Source of the DNA: Folioceros fuciformis
Lineage: Eukaryota
Length of the DNA: 64,000 nucleotides
Direction of reading: 5' to 3'
Assembly (NCBI GenBank): GCA_049999805.1
Contig: JBNGIO010006112.1
Span: 107,015-171,014, forward strand
Below are positions 22,341-33,334 of this stretch, in pieces (within the stretch, counting starts at the first letter, position 1; each line of letters opens with the position of its first letter). Both the position numbers and the translations under genes were made by a program. The notes beneath the pieces are model-generated. The model made no database searches and had not been told where the DNA came from. It was given only the letters and a program-made list of their open reading frames with translations.

Positions 22341-24629
22341 CTACCAATCGTCCGGAGCTTTGCTGGCTATGGTAAACGCCGGGCCTGGATTTGTTTCATA
22401 AAACGTGTAGGAACCCGGCCCAGGAAAATCTTCCCTGTGAGTGTCATGCAGCTTGAGGCCCAAGCTGAATCCTCTGTCACTGCAGATCCGACTTTTCCGG
22501 TAATAAGCTCCGGGGCCCGGCGTCTTCTCGGGCTTGTTGGCTACATATCTTCGAGCAATAGTGAAGGCAGGAGGCTGGTTCCGCGTTAACTGCACAGTAG
22601 GAGTGTATTCTGATGGACCTGGTGTCTTCTCCACAGGCGAGCACTCATACCTTTTTGCCATGCTGCAACCTGGGGCGTGGCAAGGGTTCACTGCACTGTA
22701 TGCACCAGGGCCAGGAGTGTCGTTCTTAGTGTCTCGCGTAGCCCTGCCTGCAATTGTGAATGCAGGGCTGTCGGTTTTGATGCCCAGTTCGTAGGTGCCT
22801 GGCCCCGGGACAAGATCAGAATTTCCTGGCCCTGGCTTGCTGCCCATAGTGTAGCCAGGTTTCTTGTCCCACCACTTGGCAGTGTAGGCTCCGGGGCCCG
22901 GAGTGTCATTTGCCTTCTGAGGAGGACCGGATCCAGCAATGCTGTAGGCTGGGGCTGAGGAAAGAGCACGGGGATCATATGCGCCAGGCCCCGGATTATC
23001 ACCAGCATGGTCTGATTTGCTCCTCCCTGCCATTGAGAACTCAGGTGGCCTCCTTAATACTGGATCAATCTCCGCATTGTAGGCTCCTGGTCCAGGAGTC
23101 CTTTGCTCATTGGGATTTCTCAACCTTTGGCCTAAAGTGTAGGCTGGGCCGCCTATTCTGTCAACCAACCTGTATGCTCCAGGTCCAGGATTGACGCTTA
23201 CTGGGGCATGTTTTTCTCTTCCAGCCATGGAGTAAGCTGGCGTTCTGTTTGCGACTTCCGCATCGTACGTCCCGGGGCCAGGAAAGTTGTTTCCTAGGCT
23301 CCTTCCCTGTCTCACAGCTATGGTAAAAGCTGGGCCCGCTCTCCTTAATTTCAAGTTATAGGCTCCTGGACCTGGAAGGGTATCCAAGAGCCTGTCAGGG
23401 GCTCTGTGTCCCATAGTAAACGCTGGCTTCTTGTCGTCCAACTGTGCTGAATACGCCCCTGGGCCTGGTGTGTTGTCTGGCTTGTGCATCAACCCTGCTC
23501 CGCTGATGCTGTACGCAGGGCTTGACGACGAGAACATCGGGTCATATGCTCCCGGGCCTGGATTTTCATTCACTTGCTCTGAAGAACAACGCACTGCTAG
23601 TGAGTATTTGGGAGGTCTGGTAGTAATGTATCTGAAATCTTGTTTGTAAGCTCCAGGCCCTGGTGTTTTCTCACAATCTGGAGCTTTCCTCCTCCCGGCC
23701 ATGCTGAAGGCTGGTCCGCCTAGACTGCCACTGGTGCCATATGCACCAGGCCCGGGTGTTTGTTCTACACCTCCTGGGCGTGCTTTCCCCGCAATGGTGT
23801 GGTGTGGAGAGTAGTTATGAGTAGGCACATTGTAAGCACCAGGTCCTGGAACGTCACTTTCCAGTCCTTTGCCAACCTTACCAGCAATTGTGAAAGCCGG
23901 GCCCTTACTTGAACGATCCAATTCATATGCACCGGGACCAGGGAACTGATCATTGTTTGTGCATCGTCCTTTGGCAGCAAGACTGATACCACCCCTTTTG
24001 GGGTTGCGAATCTCGTATGCTCCTGGCCCAGGGATATCTTCTCGATCGTGGGTCTTGAACCTTTGGCTAAGACTGTACGCTGGTGCACTGGATTTGTTTC
24101 GAGGAGTGTAAGCACCAGGCCCTGGAGCCGTTTCAGGGAGGTGTTGCTTGGTTCTGCCTGCAATGGAGTAGGCCGGGCATCCAGTAGCCTCTACAGCTTC
24201 ATATGCTCCTGGCCCTGGAGTGATGCTTGCCCCTGCTTGGTGATGCCTTGCGCTTATTGAGTAGGCCGGGCCATTCCGATGGTCAAGAAGTGTGTAAGTG
24301 CCTGGACCAGGGATATTATCGAATCCCTTACCGTGATGCTTACTGGCTATGGAGTAGGCAGGCCGCTGTTCCCTGGTGTACATGTCAGTTGCATCATATG
24401 CTCCTGGCCCTGGTCCGCCTTCTGATGTGCTCGATAAATGCCTTGTCGAGATAGTGAAAGCAGGGCCTCTATCACCCTTGTCAGGACTGTATGCCCCTGG
24501 TCCAGGCTGAAAGCTGTCGGCTTTGCTGGTAAGTTTCTGGGCGAGAGAATAGGCTGGGGGGGCTGTGCAGGTAATCTTGTCATCTGCGTTGTACGCTCCC
24601 GGCCCGGGAGTTCGCTCTCTCCTTGGCAT
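22341..24629 (-). CDS. Sperm-tail PG-rich repeat (SHIPPO-rpt / ODF3-like) protein, 24 PGPGAY repeats, ~762 aa, intronless CDS
   Basis: Uninterrupted ORF with 24 [T/x]PGPG[A/T/S]Y cores, each followed by P-A-[FY]-[ST]-[IML]-[AG]-x-[RK], period ~31-36 aa. First in-frame ATG at 24629, just downstream of a likely 5'UTR intron acceptor (tttcag at ~24662). Confidence 0.9.
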   Translation of the reverse strand: MPRRERTPGPGAYNADDKITCTAPPAYSLAQKLTSKADSFQPGPGAYSPDKGDRGPAFTISTRHLSSTSEGGPGPGAYDATDMYTREQRPAYSIASKHHGKGFDNIPGPGTYTLLDHRNGPAYSISARHHQAGASITPGPGAYEAVEATGCPAYSIAGRTKQHLPETAPGPGAYTPRNKSSAPAYSLSQRFKTHDREDIPGPGAYEIRNPKRGGISLAAKGRCTNNDQFPGPGAYELDRSSKGPAFTIAGKVGKGLESDVPGPGAYNVPTHNYSPHHTIAGKARPGGVEQTPGPGAYGTSGSLGGPAFSMAGRRKAPDCEKTPGPGAYKQDFRYITTRPPKYSLAVRCSSEQVNENPGPGAYDPMFSSSSPAYSISGAGLMHKPDNTPGPGAYSAQLDDKKPAFTMGHRAPDRLLDTLPGPGAYNLKLRRAGPAFTIAVRQGRSLGNNFPGPGTYDAEVANRTPAYSMAGREKHAPVSVNPGPGAYRLVDRIGGPAYTLGQRLRNPNEQRTPGPGAYNAEIDPVLRRPPEFSMAGRSKSDHAGDNPGPGAYDPRALSSAPAYSIAGSGPPQKANDTPGPGAYTAKWWDKKPGYTMGSKPGPGNSDLVPGPGTYELGIKTDSPAFTIAGRATRDTKNDTPGPGAYSAVNPCHAPGCSMAKRYECSPVEKTPGPSEYTPTVQLTRNQPPAFTIARRYVANKPEKTPGPGAYYRKSRICSDRGFSLGLKLHDTHREDFPGPGSYTFYETNPGPAFTIASKAPDDW

Positions 24630-25029
24630 ACTGGTATACTCGATGCTCTTGGCGAGCACACCTGAAAGCTCACTCTGTCAATCATGGCCAGATCTGGGGT
24701 AAATTGCCGCTGGTGGAGATGCAACACCTACTAGCTTCCCTCACAGCGATGCTTCACGGTGTGGTGAACAGATAGTAGCCAAGTCCCGTGAACTGAGAAC
24801 GAAACGTAACTGTAACTGCTCGTCCCGGACATGAATGGCAAGCAATTTTTCCCCGTTGCGGGACCGGCCACTGTCCAGCACGGAGAAGGCGGTGGGAGAC
24901 TCCAATGGAACGTGCCCGCTCTCCCGCTGCTGGTCAGCTAGCCGATAGCGAGCTTCGCCAGGCAAATTGTTCCCTCAGATGGTTTGGTTTGGACTGAAGA
25001 AAAGTGAACAAAGCGCCCGGGAAAGCCCT

Positions 25030-26200
25030 AGGTGGAAGATGAGGTCTCACTTCAACGTCCTCCACAAGCAATGTGTGGTGAACGAGGACGCATCTCTAGG
25101 TCTGCGCGTCCATGGTTTGAGGAGAAAACGGGGTACCTGCTCTGTGAACATCAATGCAAAGTTGGTAGATTGGAAAACGCTCAGGGAGTGTTTGATGGGC
25201 TCGCTCGCAAAGAATTGGGCACGTGTACTGTCACGACAGGAAGGTACCTCCAGACGGGCATGGGAAAGGTACTTCTTACCACTGCAAGGCTGTGGAAGGA
25301 GGAGCTATGGCCGTACTCCATTCTATGACATGAATTTGTCTCTCCAGCGAAGGAGGAAGAGAAGCAGCACATGTGCAAATCAGAGGAAAGGGACACCAAG
25401 CTGATGTGCTTGTCGCCGGCGGTTTGCTGAAATCTATGCCAACTGTTGCAGCAGGGAAGATTCTCAGGAAAGTGTTAGATGGGGCGACATCAAGCTGCCA
25501 TGGTTGCAGGGTATTCTTGGCAAGGCATGGGGCAGGGAGCTCTTCAAGTGCACTATAGATGCGAGCAGAACCCTCTGCACTACTTCACCTGACTCTGTAA
25601 CACTTCTTGGCGCGTGCGACTAGCATGTACAGATGTGCACGAAGCTGTGTCTCTGGAAACGCAGGGAGCTACGTGGACGGATTGTAAGAACAAGGGACTC
25701 AAGCAAACGTATTTATCGCCAGAAGGTCCAACGGTGAACAGGTTTGAGAAAGTAAGGGAATGCTGTGGATGTCCAACACATGTTTGAGGTGTTGCCCAAC
25801 AAAGATGTTCTTGCCTGGAATACGCTGATCGCAGACCACATTTGACAAGGAGCCCGTGAAGCAGTCCTCGACTTGGTCCGGAAAATGAGAGAAGACGATA
25901 TGCAGCCAGACAGGATCAAATTCCTTATCTCACTGGCCGTGTGCAGTCATGTGGGAATAATGTGGGTACATTGAACGAGGGAAGGGAGTACTTCGGGCGT
26001 ATGAGAAGGGATTATTGCATCAGTCTTCCAGGGGACCACAAGAATGGTGGATGGATCTCCTTGGCGTCAGGACAAGTCGATTAGGGCCTAGCCCTATTAC
26101 TGACGATGCCTTGAGTGCCCTGTGCTGCATTTCGGCGCTCTCTGGGGGGTCCTTGTCGAAAGTGGAGCAATGGCTTTACTTGCAAAACAGAAGCTGCAGG
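25030..26200 (+). pseudogene. PLS-class PPR pseudogene, divergently oriented to the SHIPPO gene
   Basis: CKVGRLENAQGVFDGLARK; FEVLPNKDVLAWNTLI...MREDDMQPDRIKFLISLAVCSHVG...EGREYFGRM; in-frame stops. Confidence 0.8.
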
Positions 26201-27046
26201 AAATGTGTCGATGTCGAACATAAAGATGGATGCCCAGATGTGGGAACAGAAGGATCAGGCGAGGAGAGGAAAAATCAGGGTGTGAAGCAGAATGGTCAGA
26301 GCTGTCGGATAGCAGCGGTTTAGGGTTAGTAGTCCATAGCCTTTTGTGCTTGGGACGTGAGTCCAACAAGGGTGCACAATTGACCTTCCAAAATGAGGAA
26401 TGATGTGTACCACAAGCTTGGGGTGTACCACAAACTGGGGGTATCCCACCGATGTACACTAGAGAACACGCTGGAGGGGAAATCCAGAATGAATTGTGAA
26501 TGACTTCCGGGCCCGTGTCTTTCCTTCTTACTATTTGTACTCTAATCCAGCGTGTGCCGACCAGCGTTATCGGCAACCAAACAGACGGTCTTATAACATG
26601 ATCATCAGTGCATGGAGCAATTTCTTTCTTCGCTTCTTCCTGAAGAACATCCTGCTCCGCCTTACTCCACCTTCCTATCAAGTAATGAGTCATTGTGCGG
26701 TTTGGTACAGCAGTCCGGGAAGAAGGCTTGGGTTGTGTTGTCCAAAGACCTAGCCTAGTCCTACTAAACATCCTCCATCGAGGCGGGTACTCAGCACACC
26801 ATTGTGCCAAGGCCGTTCAGTTTAATTCAATTTACAAAAAGAGAAGGGGAAAAAGAGAGGCCGGAGGGAATCGATACCCCTCAAGCTAGAAGTTCAACAT
26901 GCTTTGATGCAAGTAGCTCACACGCAGCTTTTGTCAAGAAAATTGAGATGCAAGGAGGAGTCCTTGATTCCATGGCTAAGCTTAGCTTAGACAGAGCATT
27001 GCGCAAATGTTTGTTGCAGTACCAAAGTGCCATGAAACAAAAATTA

Positions 27047-27230
27047 GGTCCACGTGGACCACAATAGCTTTCGACTTCTTCATGGAATATGGGTGGCCTG
27101 TGTTCGGTGTTTGTGGACGGGAGACTGCATTGAATTGTTTATCCGGACGCTATATCTGAGCCAAAAGGAAGGCACATCCCATTGGGTCGCCTGATGCTTC
27201 CAACGCCACCCCATTGGCTGGTCGCTTATC
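27047..27230 (+). promoter_or_regulatory. Light-responsive promoter module of Lhca3 (G-box, CCAAT, I-box)
   Basis: 14-bp palindrome GGTCCACGTGGACC (G-box CACGTG) at 27047-27060, ATTGG at ~27213, CTTATC (reverse GATAAG) at 27225. Confidence 0.55.
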
Positions 27231-27361
27231 GGCTCTCTCTCCGCGCCTAAGTGTAGCGACAGGCTTGCCACCATCTCCAGCTCCTCGCTCGCGCACACAC
27301 ACATCGCACACGCGAGCAGGAGGAAGCAGAAGGCGCAGCAGCAGCACATCCGACAGCAACA

Positions 27362-28352
27362 ATGGCTGCCACCATCGCCGCCCGAGCCCTGGTGTCCCCC
27401 GCAGCCGCAGCCACAGCCGCGGTGGCCTCCAGCGCGCCCGAGTCCAGCCGCCACCAGCTCCTGCTGGGAGGCCGCGCCCTCCGGATCGCCCCGGCCTCCT
27501 CCTCCTCCTCCGCCCCTGCCCGCTCCTCCTTCGTCGTCCGCGCCTCCTCCGACAAGCCGGCGCCCCGGGTGAGCGATAGTCCCACCTGCATTGCATTCCC
27601 TCCGTTGCTATACCTGCCTCCCGCTCCTCCCGGCGCCCGCCGTGACTGACCGCGTTCTGGTTTGGGGTTTGGCTGCGCAGTCCAACAGGCAGCTCTACTT
27701 CGCGTCCGCGCAGAGCCTGTCGTACCTCGATGGCACTCTGGCGGGAGACTACGGCTTCGACCCCCTGGGCCTCATGGACCCCGAGGGCGCCGGGGGCTTC
27801 ATCGACCCCAACTGGCTGGTGTACGCCGAGATCATCAACGGCAGGTACGCCATGCTCGGGGCCGCGGGCGCCATCGCGCCTGAGATTCTAGGAAAGCTGG
27901 GGCTCATCCCGGCCGAGACCGCCGTTGTGTGGTTCAAGTCTGGCGTCATCCCGCCTCTGGGAACCTACGACTACTGGGCCGACTCGTACACGCTCTTTGT
28001 GTTGGAGATCGCGTTGATGGGATTCGCGGAGCACCGCAGAGCGCAGGACTACTACAAGCCCGGGTCCATGGGGAAGCAGTATTTCCTGGGCTTCGAGAAG
28101 GCTCTGGGAGGTTCTGGAAACCCGGCGTACCCTGGCGGTCCCATCTTCAACTTCCTTGGTTTTGGCAAGGACGAGAAATCGCTCAAGGACCTCAAGACAA
28201 AGGAAGTGAAGAACGGCCGGCTGGCTATGCTCGCCGTCTTGGGATACTTCATCCAGGCTATCTTCACCGGAGTAGGACCTTTCCAGAATCTGCTCGACCA
28301 CTTGGCAGACCCTGTTAACAACAACGTCCTTACTAACTTGAAAATTCATTAG
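27362..28352 (+). CDS. LHCA3: Photosystem I light-harvesting chlorophyll a/b protein Lhca3; join(27362..27568,27681..28352), 292 aa
   Basis: Ser/Ala-rich transit peptide; [59 protein letters not shown]-terminal [11 protein letters not shown]; one GT-AG intron. Confidence 0.97.
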
Positions 28353-28779
28353 GTTAGGTTTTTGGCTGGAAACGACCAGACGTCTCTGTAACATGTCTAA
28401 AGAAGCAAGCATTTCTTCAGTGTAAAGAAAGTTCTTCCGATTATGTCTCGTAATCAATCTTGTCCGGGCCACCAGCCTCTCGGCCTGCATCATACCTATA
28501 ATCGAGATGGTGAGGATCTTCGAGCCCGCGCATTGTGATTCATCGGTTAACGAAGGTTCGAGTGGAGATGACGAATGTGATTGTGCGGACAGTGGGATGT
28601 GACCATTGACAACGGGAATCTTGCGGTTGCGATCTAATGGGATTGATGCAGAGGAGTGCGCGGGGCTGGTGCTGCGATGGGGAACTTATGAAAATCAATG
28701 AAGGACTGGTTCTTGCTAAAGTTGATAAACAGCTGGAGAGCAAGTCATTCACCATGTTAAGATGAAGTGGAGGAGCTGA

Positions 28780-29150
28780 AGACTGGTTGTCAATGCGGGT
28801 GGAGAACCTGCATCTTTGTTTTCCGGACAGCCTTGGGTCTCGCTTCTCGTCACGAGAAATGACACTACTTCCGATGCCACTTCCTGCTTGCCTTCTGACG
28901 GCCGGTAGAAGCTCTGATGTCCTCGGAAGGGCAGGCAGCTGCCCTCACGTACTGTCGAAAAGGACTGTTGGAATCATGTCTTGCTGAGGGGCACCTGCCA
29001 TGTGTGCAGAATGTGGTGCACTGGAGGATGCACGGCCTGTCGAAGCACTGGTGCCTTACAGAAAGGAGGAGGCAGCTGCACTCGGCAGATTGTGACGAGG
29101 TGGCTGCTCGATAACGAGATCACGTCACAGTGTACGTGAATTTGTTTCAT
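28780..29150 (+). pseudogene. Short PPR relic
   Basis: atgtgtgcagaatgtggtgcactggaggatgcacgg translates to MCAECGALEDAR; similar to the 21780-21950 PPR relic. Confidence 0.6.
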
Positions 29151-29432
29151 CACTACCAGCTTGGCTTCTGCCACAACAGATACGTGCGTAAGATGTGTGT
29201 AACATTGAGACACCGGGAGTGAACATGTAAAGCTGGGCTCTCTCAGCACATCAGGGATTTGGCCACCCAAAACTCCAAGGGACACTTGCTCCAAGACGCA
29301 TGCCACAGTCTAAAGTGTCACCTAATCGCTAACAGTTGTAAGCACGTCCTTCAATAAAATCGAAAGGGTCAGGGTCGTTAAGTGATATTGTAAATATTCT
29401 AGGATATTCCATGATAGCTAGCCTTCTGCAGG

Positions 29433-29596
29433 GCAATGCACTGCCCTTTGATAAGACAATGTGTTAGATGCGTAGCAATGCGCTGCCCTTTGATAAGACA
29501 ATGTGGTAGATGGGTAGCAATGCACTGCCCTTTGATAAGACAATGTGTTAGATGCATAGCAATGCACTGCCGTTAGATAAGACAATGTGTTAGATG
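29433..29596. repeat. 42-bp x4 minisatellite, each unit containing GATAAG
   Basis: gcaatgcactgccctttgataagacaatgtgttagatgc.ta at 29433, 29475, 29517 and 29559. Confidence 0.9.
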
Positions 29597-29619
29597 TGAT
29601 CTAAAGTTTATAAATGCCA

Positions 29620-30760
29620 ACCCCACAATTACATGTGGAGAGAGAAAAAGCAAAGATGAACCGAGCCTAAGCAAAATCTCATCGCTATGGCAAAAGATGT
29701 TGTGCTATTTGAAATGCTTAATTGTAGGGCTGAGCTAAAAGCTAAGATCTCATTACCTTCCTTGAACATGGAGGCATAAGACAGGATAGGAATGGATGAG
29801 TCCATGAGAAGGGCCCTTTGCACGCATGGGTACTACTTTTCGAAGAGAGAGGCTTGATGACCATGCATCCCTTCCCTAGCAAAGTAGGAGAAATAAGGCA
29901 TATCCCAATGGCTTTTAAGGGTAAAGCGTCCCTAGCTTGCATTAGAGAAACCTATAAGATGAATGCCCTCTTCTCAACCCTTGAGATAAAGGCCTAAAGG
30001 AGGGGGACCTTGGATTAAAAACCAAAAAGTCATAATTGGAGCAAAGAGAACCTAGCTACATAGGAAGGTAGCTAAGGCCAAGGCCTCTATGCCTTAAAGA
30101 CTAACGCCTCCGAAAGCAATGCAGAGCTACCTATTTCTTGGTTAAATCTCTAGTAGTCCAATCAAAAGTACCAAGGCCTATAATATCCCCCAACAGCTTG
30201 TATAACTTGATTATCAAAATTCTTCATACTCCATAAAAAAGCGCAACCATTCTGCACAAAGCAAGAAGAAAGAATATGAATGCTATATGAGAATCCCTTA
30301 TTTGTGCAAGGCCTCTAGCATGAGCTAAGTCTTCTCAACTCCTAAAATTTGTAGTTGCTACAAGGAAGCAATATCTCGAAGATAGTTAGGGGAGTCCTCT
30401 AAATATTGAAGACAGGATGCTCAAGGAGGACTAAACTTAGGCCAACTTAACCCTACATCCCAAACAGGAGAGTTTTTAGGAAAAGAGATCAAAGGTTGGC
30501 TTAATCTTTCCAATGGCATGAGGATTTGAGTTTTGTGCACCACAAATGGGTATTCCAAGAAGGTGAAGGCAATGGAGGATACCACCCTAAAATGATCTAT
30601 AGCAAGGATGAACCTCATAATGGATCCCTTTGGACAAATTAGTTATGTAAGGAAAATAATCAAAGAGGACAAAGTTATTGCCGCACTATTAAGGATAGGG
30701 TTCCTTTCCTTATCACTCCTTATTCATTAAGAGTAATAGGAAAAACAAACCATACGTTCA
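29620..30760 (-). mobile_element. Degraded L1-type LINE 3' region (post-RT)
   Basis: FTFLEYPF resembles the L1 F-x-YLG-x-P motif, followed by W...LSW; many stops. Confidence 0.35.
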
Positions 30761-33334
30761 TTTGTATGTCTACTTCGAGTAAGGCATCAAATCCAATCCA
30801 AGGCCCCCTACTGTAAAACTACAATTAAAATATTTTATTTTATATTTTTAAACACTCAGAACATGTTTTTTTAGCATATCATTAGGAAGCTCTTTTTGTT
30901 ATGACTTCAAAACCCCTTCTCTCTCACATTTTTCTTAATTAAGGGCAACTAAGTATTAGCATATCCTTGTTTTGAGTTTCCCTTTAAATTCAAAAAGAGA
31001 AGAAAGCTTCTCTCTAAAAAAACTTTGGGCCACAGAGGATGGTCTTAAACCATAGTTCCTCAAAATATTATGATTTACTTCTATATATAGAGCATTATAT
31101 GTATGAATAAGTCATTATTTATTTATTTTACTGTTATATAAAAGAAATAAAATGAGTTTGAGCAACGTGAGGCCTGAAATGCACTGACCAAGTGTGATAA
31201 TAAATGTTGGGTCTTGGTGGCACGCCTTGGCGCCCGGGTACGTCGCTGTTGACTTGAGGTGTGGTAGATATTCGCATTCGTATTCTTTTTTTCACATTCG
31301 TCATAGAGATTAATCCTGCACATATGTCATGCCACTTCAGTAAATTCCATCCTTCACGTTTGCGACACCACAAACGCTATTAGTAGCCGTTGTGGGATGC
31401 CATAGCCATCTTCCCGAAGGTTTCCGCAGCGAGTGAAACCCGACACCATGCCTCCAAATTCTCAAGTGTAAATGTAGCGGTGTTCCGGTTGCTTCTCACC
31501 TCCACTCGCGAACCCTGGAGTCACCTCCCATGCCAGCTCCAAAATCATCACACAACCCACGGACGGTGTTGGACGTACCAGGTAGAAGACGGATCAATAG
31601 ATCTTATCCCGCAAGAAGCCAATGTTTCCCTGCCACTTGCCACGAGATGGGAATTAGCGTTGCTTGCTTGGTGACGCAGTTGCGTAAATGCCACATACAT
31701 ATATTGGTAGACATGCGCTGCCCTTCCGACGCAGCGAAATGATGGTCGCGTGCGGAGTCCGGACGCCGTCGCCTATGGGCATGCGCGGCCAGTGGCTACA
31801 ACATGGGAGTACGGGCACACAAGGATGTACCACGGACGTATCCGCATTCACATAAAAAACTGCAACCGCAAGGTAAGGACAAGAGCAGAGAGATTTTAGA
31901 CGGAGAAAACCCTCGTTCACCTGCCATGTCAGAATGAGCATTTGCAGGCCAGTTTCTAGCATTGCAGAGATGGAGGAGGACAAAACAAAACCTAAACCAT
32001 CGTGGAGCGTGCGGTGCAGTGCGGTGCGTATTCTCCCTTTCCAAAAGAATCTGAACCATCGGTTACATTGAAACCCGCTGTTCCGACACGTCGCAAGCCG
32101 CACAACCTAATAAATGAAACAGTCGGCCTGCATTGCAAAGCAGGTGCGGTGGCGGATCTTCAGAAAATGGCCATAAAACAAAGCTTGCTACCGTCAATCC
32201 CTTCGTCGGAGGTCCTTCAGCATTATACAAAATGGCAAACATATGTACTTCCATCCCTGCCTAATGCACGGATCCGGATCTGGCAAACAAAGGCTTCCGG
32301 AAAAGCGCAAGACAAGTACAACACAAAGAGACAACCATGAGTTATGAGGCCCGTTGAAACACTAAGTTCAATGCAAACCTCATCGGGGGGGGTCAAGCAA
32401 GTGAAGCTCCGCTGAAGTTCCGAAGGAGCAGTCCGGTCCGGGCTGACCGAAGATGTATGAGAAGGAGCAAGAACAAAAGCAAGAGCGTGCCCCGGGCCGG
32501 ACAGGATGCGCGTCTTCCATCTAGCTTCGCCTGCCTAGAAGGTGTCTCAGATCCTCGAGAGTCTGCCCCAAGGCTGTGCCGGCAAGAAAAAGCTGGAAGG
32601 TTGGGCTCGAGTCCAGATCTGGTCTCCTCGACTCACGAGACGCAAACACGTTTCATTCATTCGCGTAATGTAATGAGAGTATTACGGCACGGTAAGCAAA
32701 GCAAGGCGGGAACGCAGAGGGAGGGCACGGGCCAGGATTGGGGATAGCGCACGCCACGCCGTGATGGCTGCAATGCACTACAATGCCATACGAATGCAAT
32801 GCATGCGGGTGGCGCAGCGGAATCTTCTGGAGGACGTGGCTCCCAAGAGATTTGCCGGTGGCGAAACTCGGCGAAAGCTATGGCGCCGTGATTGTCGTGG
32901 TACGGGAGGGATGAGGTCGCGCGAGGCGATCCCAGGCATCCGAGGGGATGGATCCCCCGGCTCAGAGTCCCCGGCGCCCGTCGGTCGCGGACCCCGCCCT
33001 CCTCGCCCCGGCGGTCGTATCAGGCGCCGGGCGTAAGTCAACGCCCTCCTGCAATTGCTCCGTAGGGTTTGCGACCAGGCCCCCGCCAGGCCGGCCCGCT
33101 TGCCTCACACTCCATCGTTCTTCCCACCCGTCTGCCAGCGTGCCAGGCCAGCCCCGCCTCCCCGGCCGTCCGTCCTTTCTCAGCACAACTCGCGTCCTGC
33201 TGCTGCTGCTGCTGCTGCCGCCTGCCTCTGCCGCGAGAGCTGCTCGCCGCTTGCTGCCGCTCTTGCAAGCACGAGCCTGCTTGTTTGCTTGCAAGAGCTC
33301 GCAAGAGCAGGCATTGGTGCCACGGCTGGGCGCC

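Noticed and set aside
26097-26810. 237-aa minus-strand ORF
   Set aside because: It has a non-ATG start and no recognisable domain, and it partly overlaps a PPR relic on the antisense strand.
27888-28493. Long antisense or alternative-frame ORFs over Lhca3 (also over MADS, RGXT and CaM)
   Set aside because: These are shadow ORFs caused by GC3-rich codon usage of the real genes.
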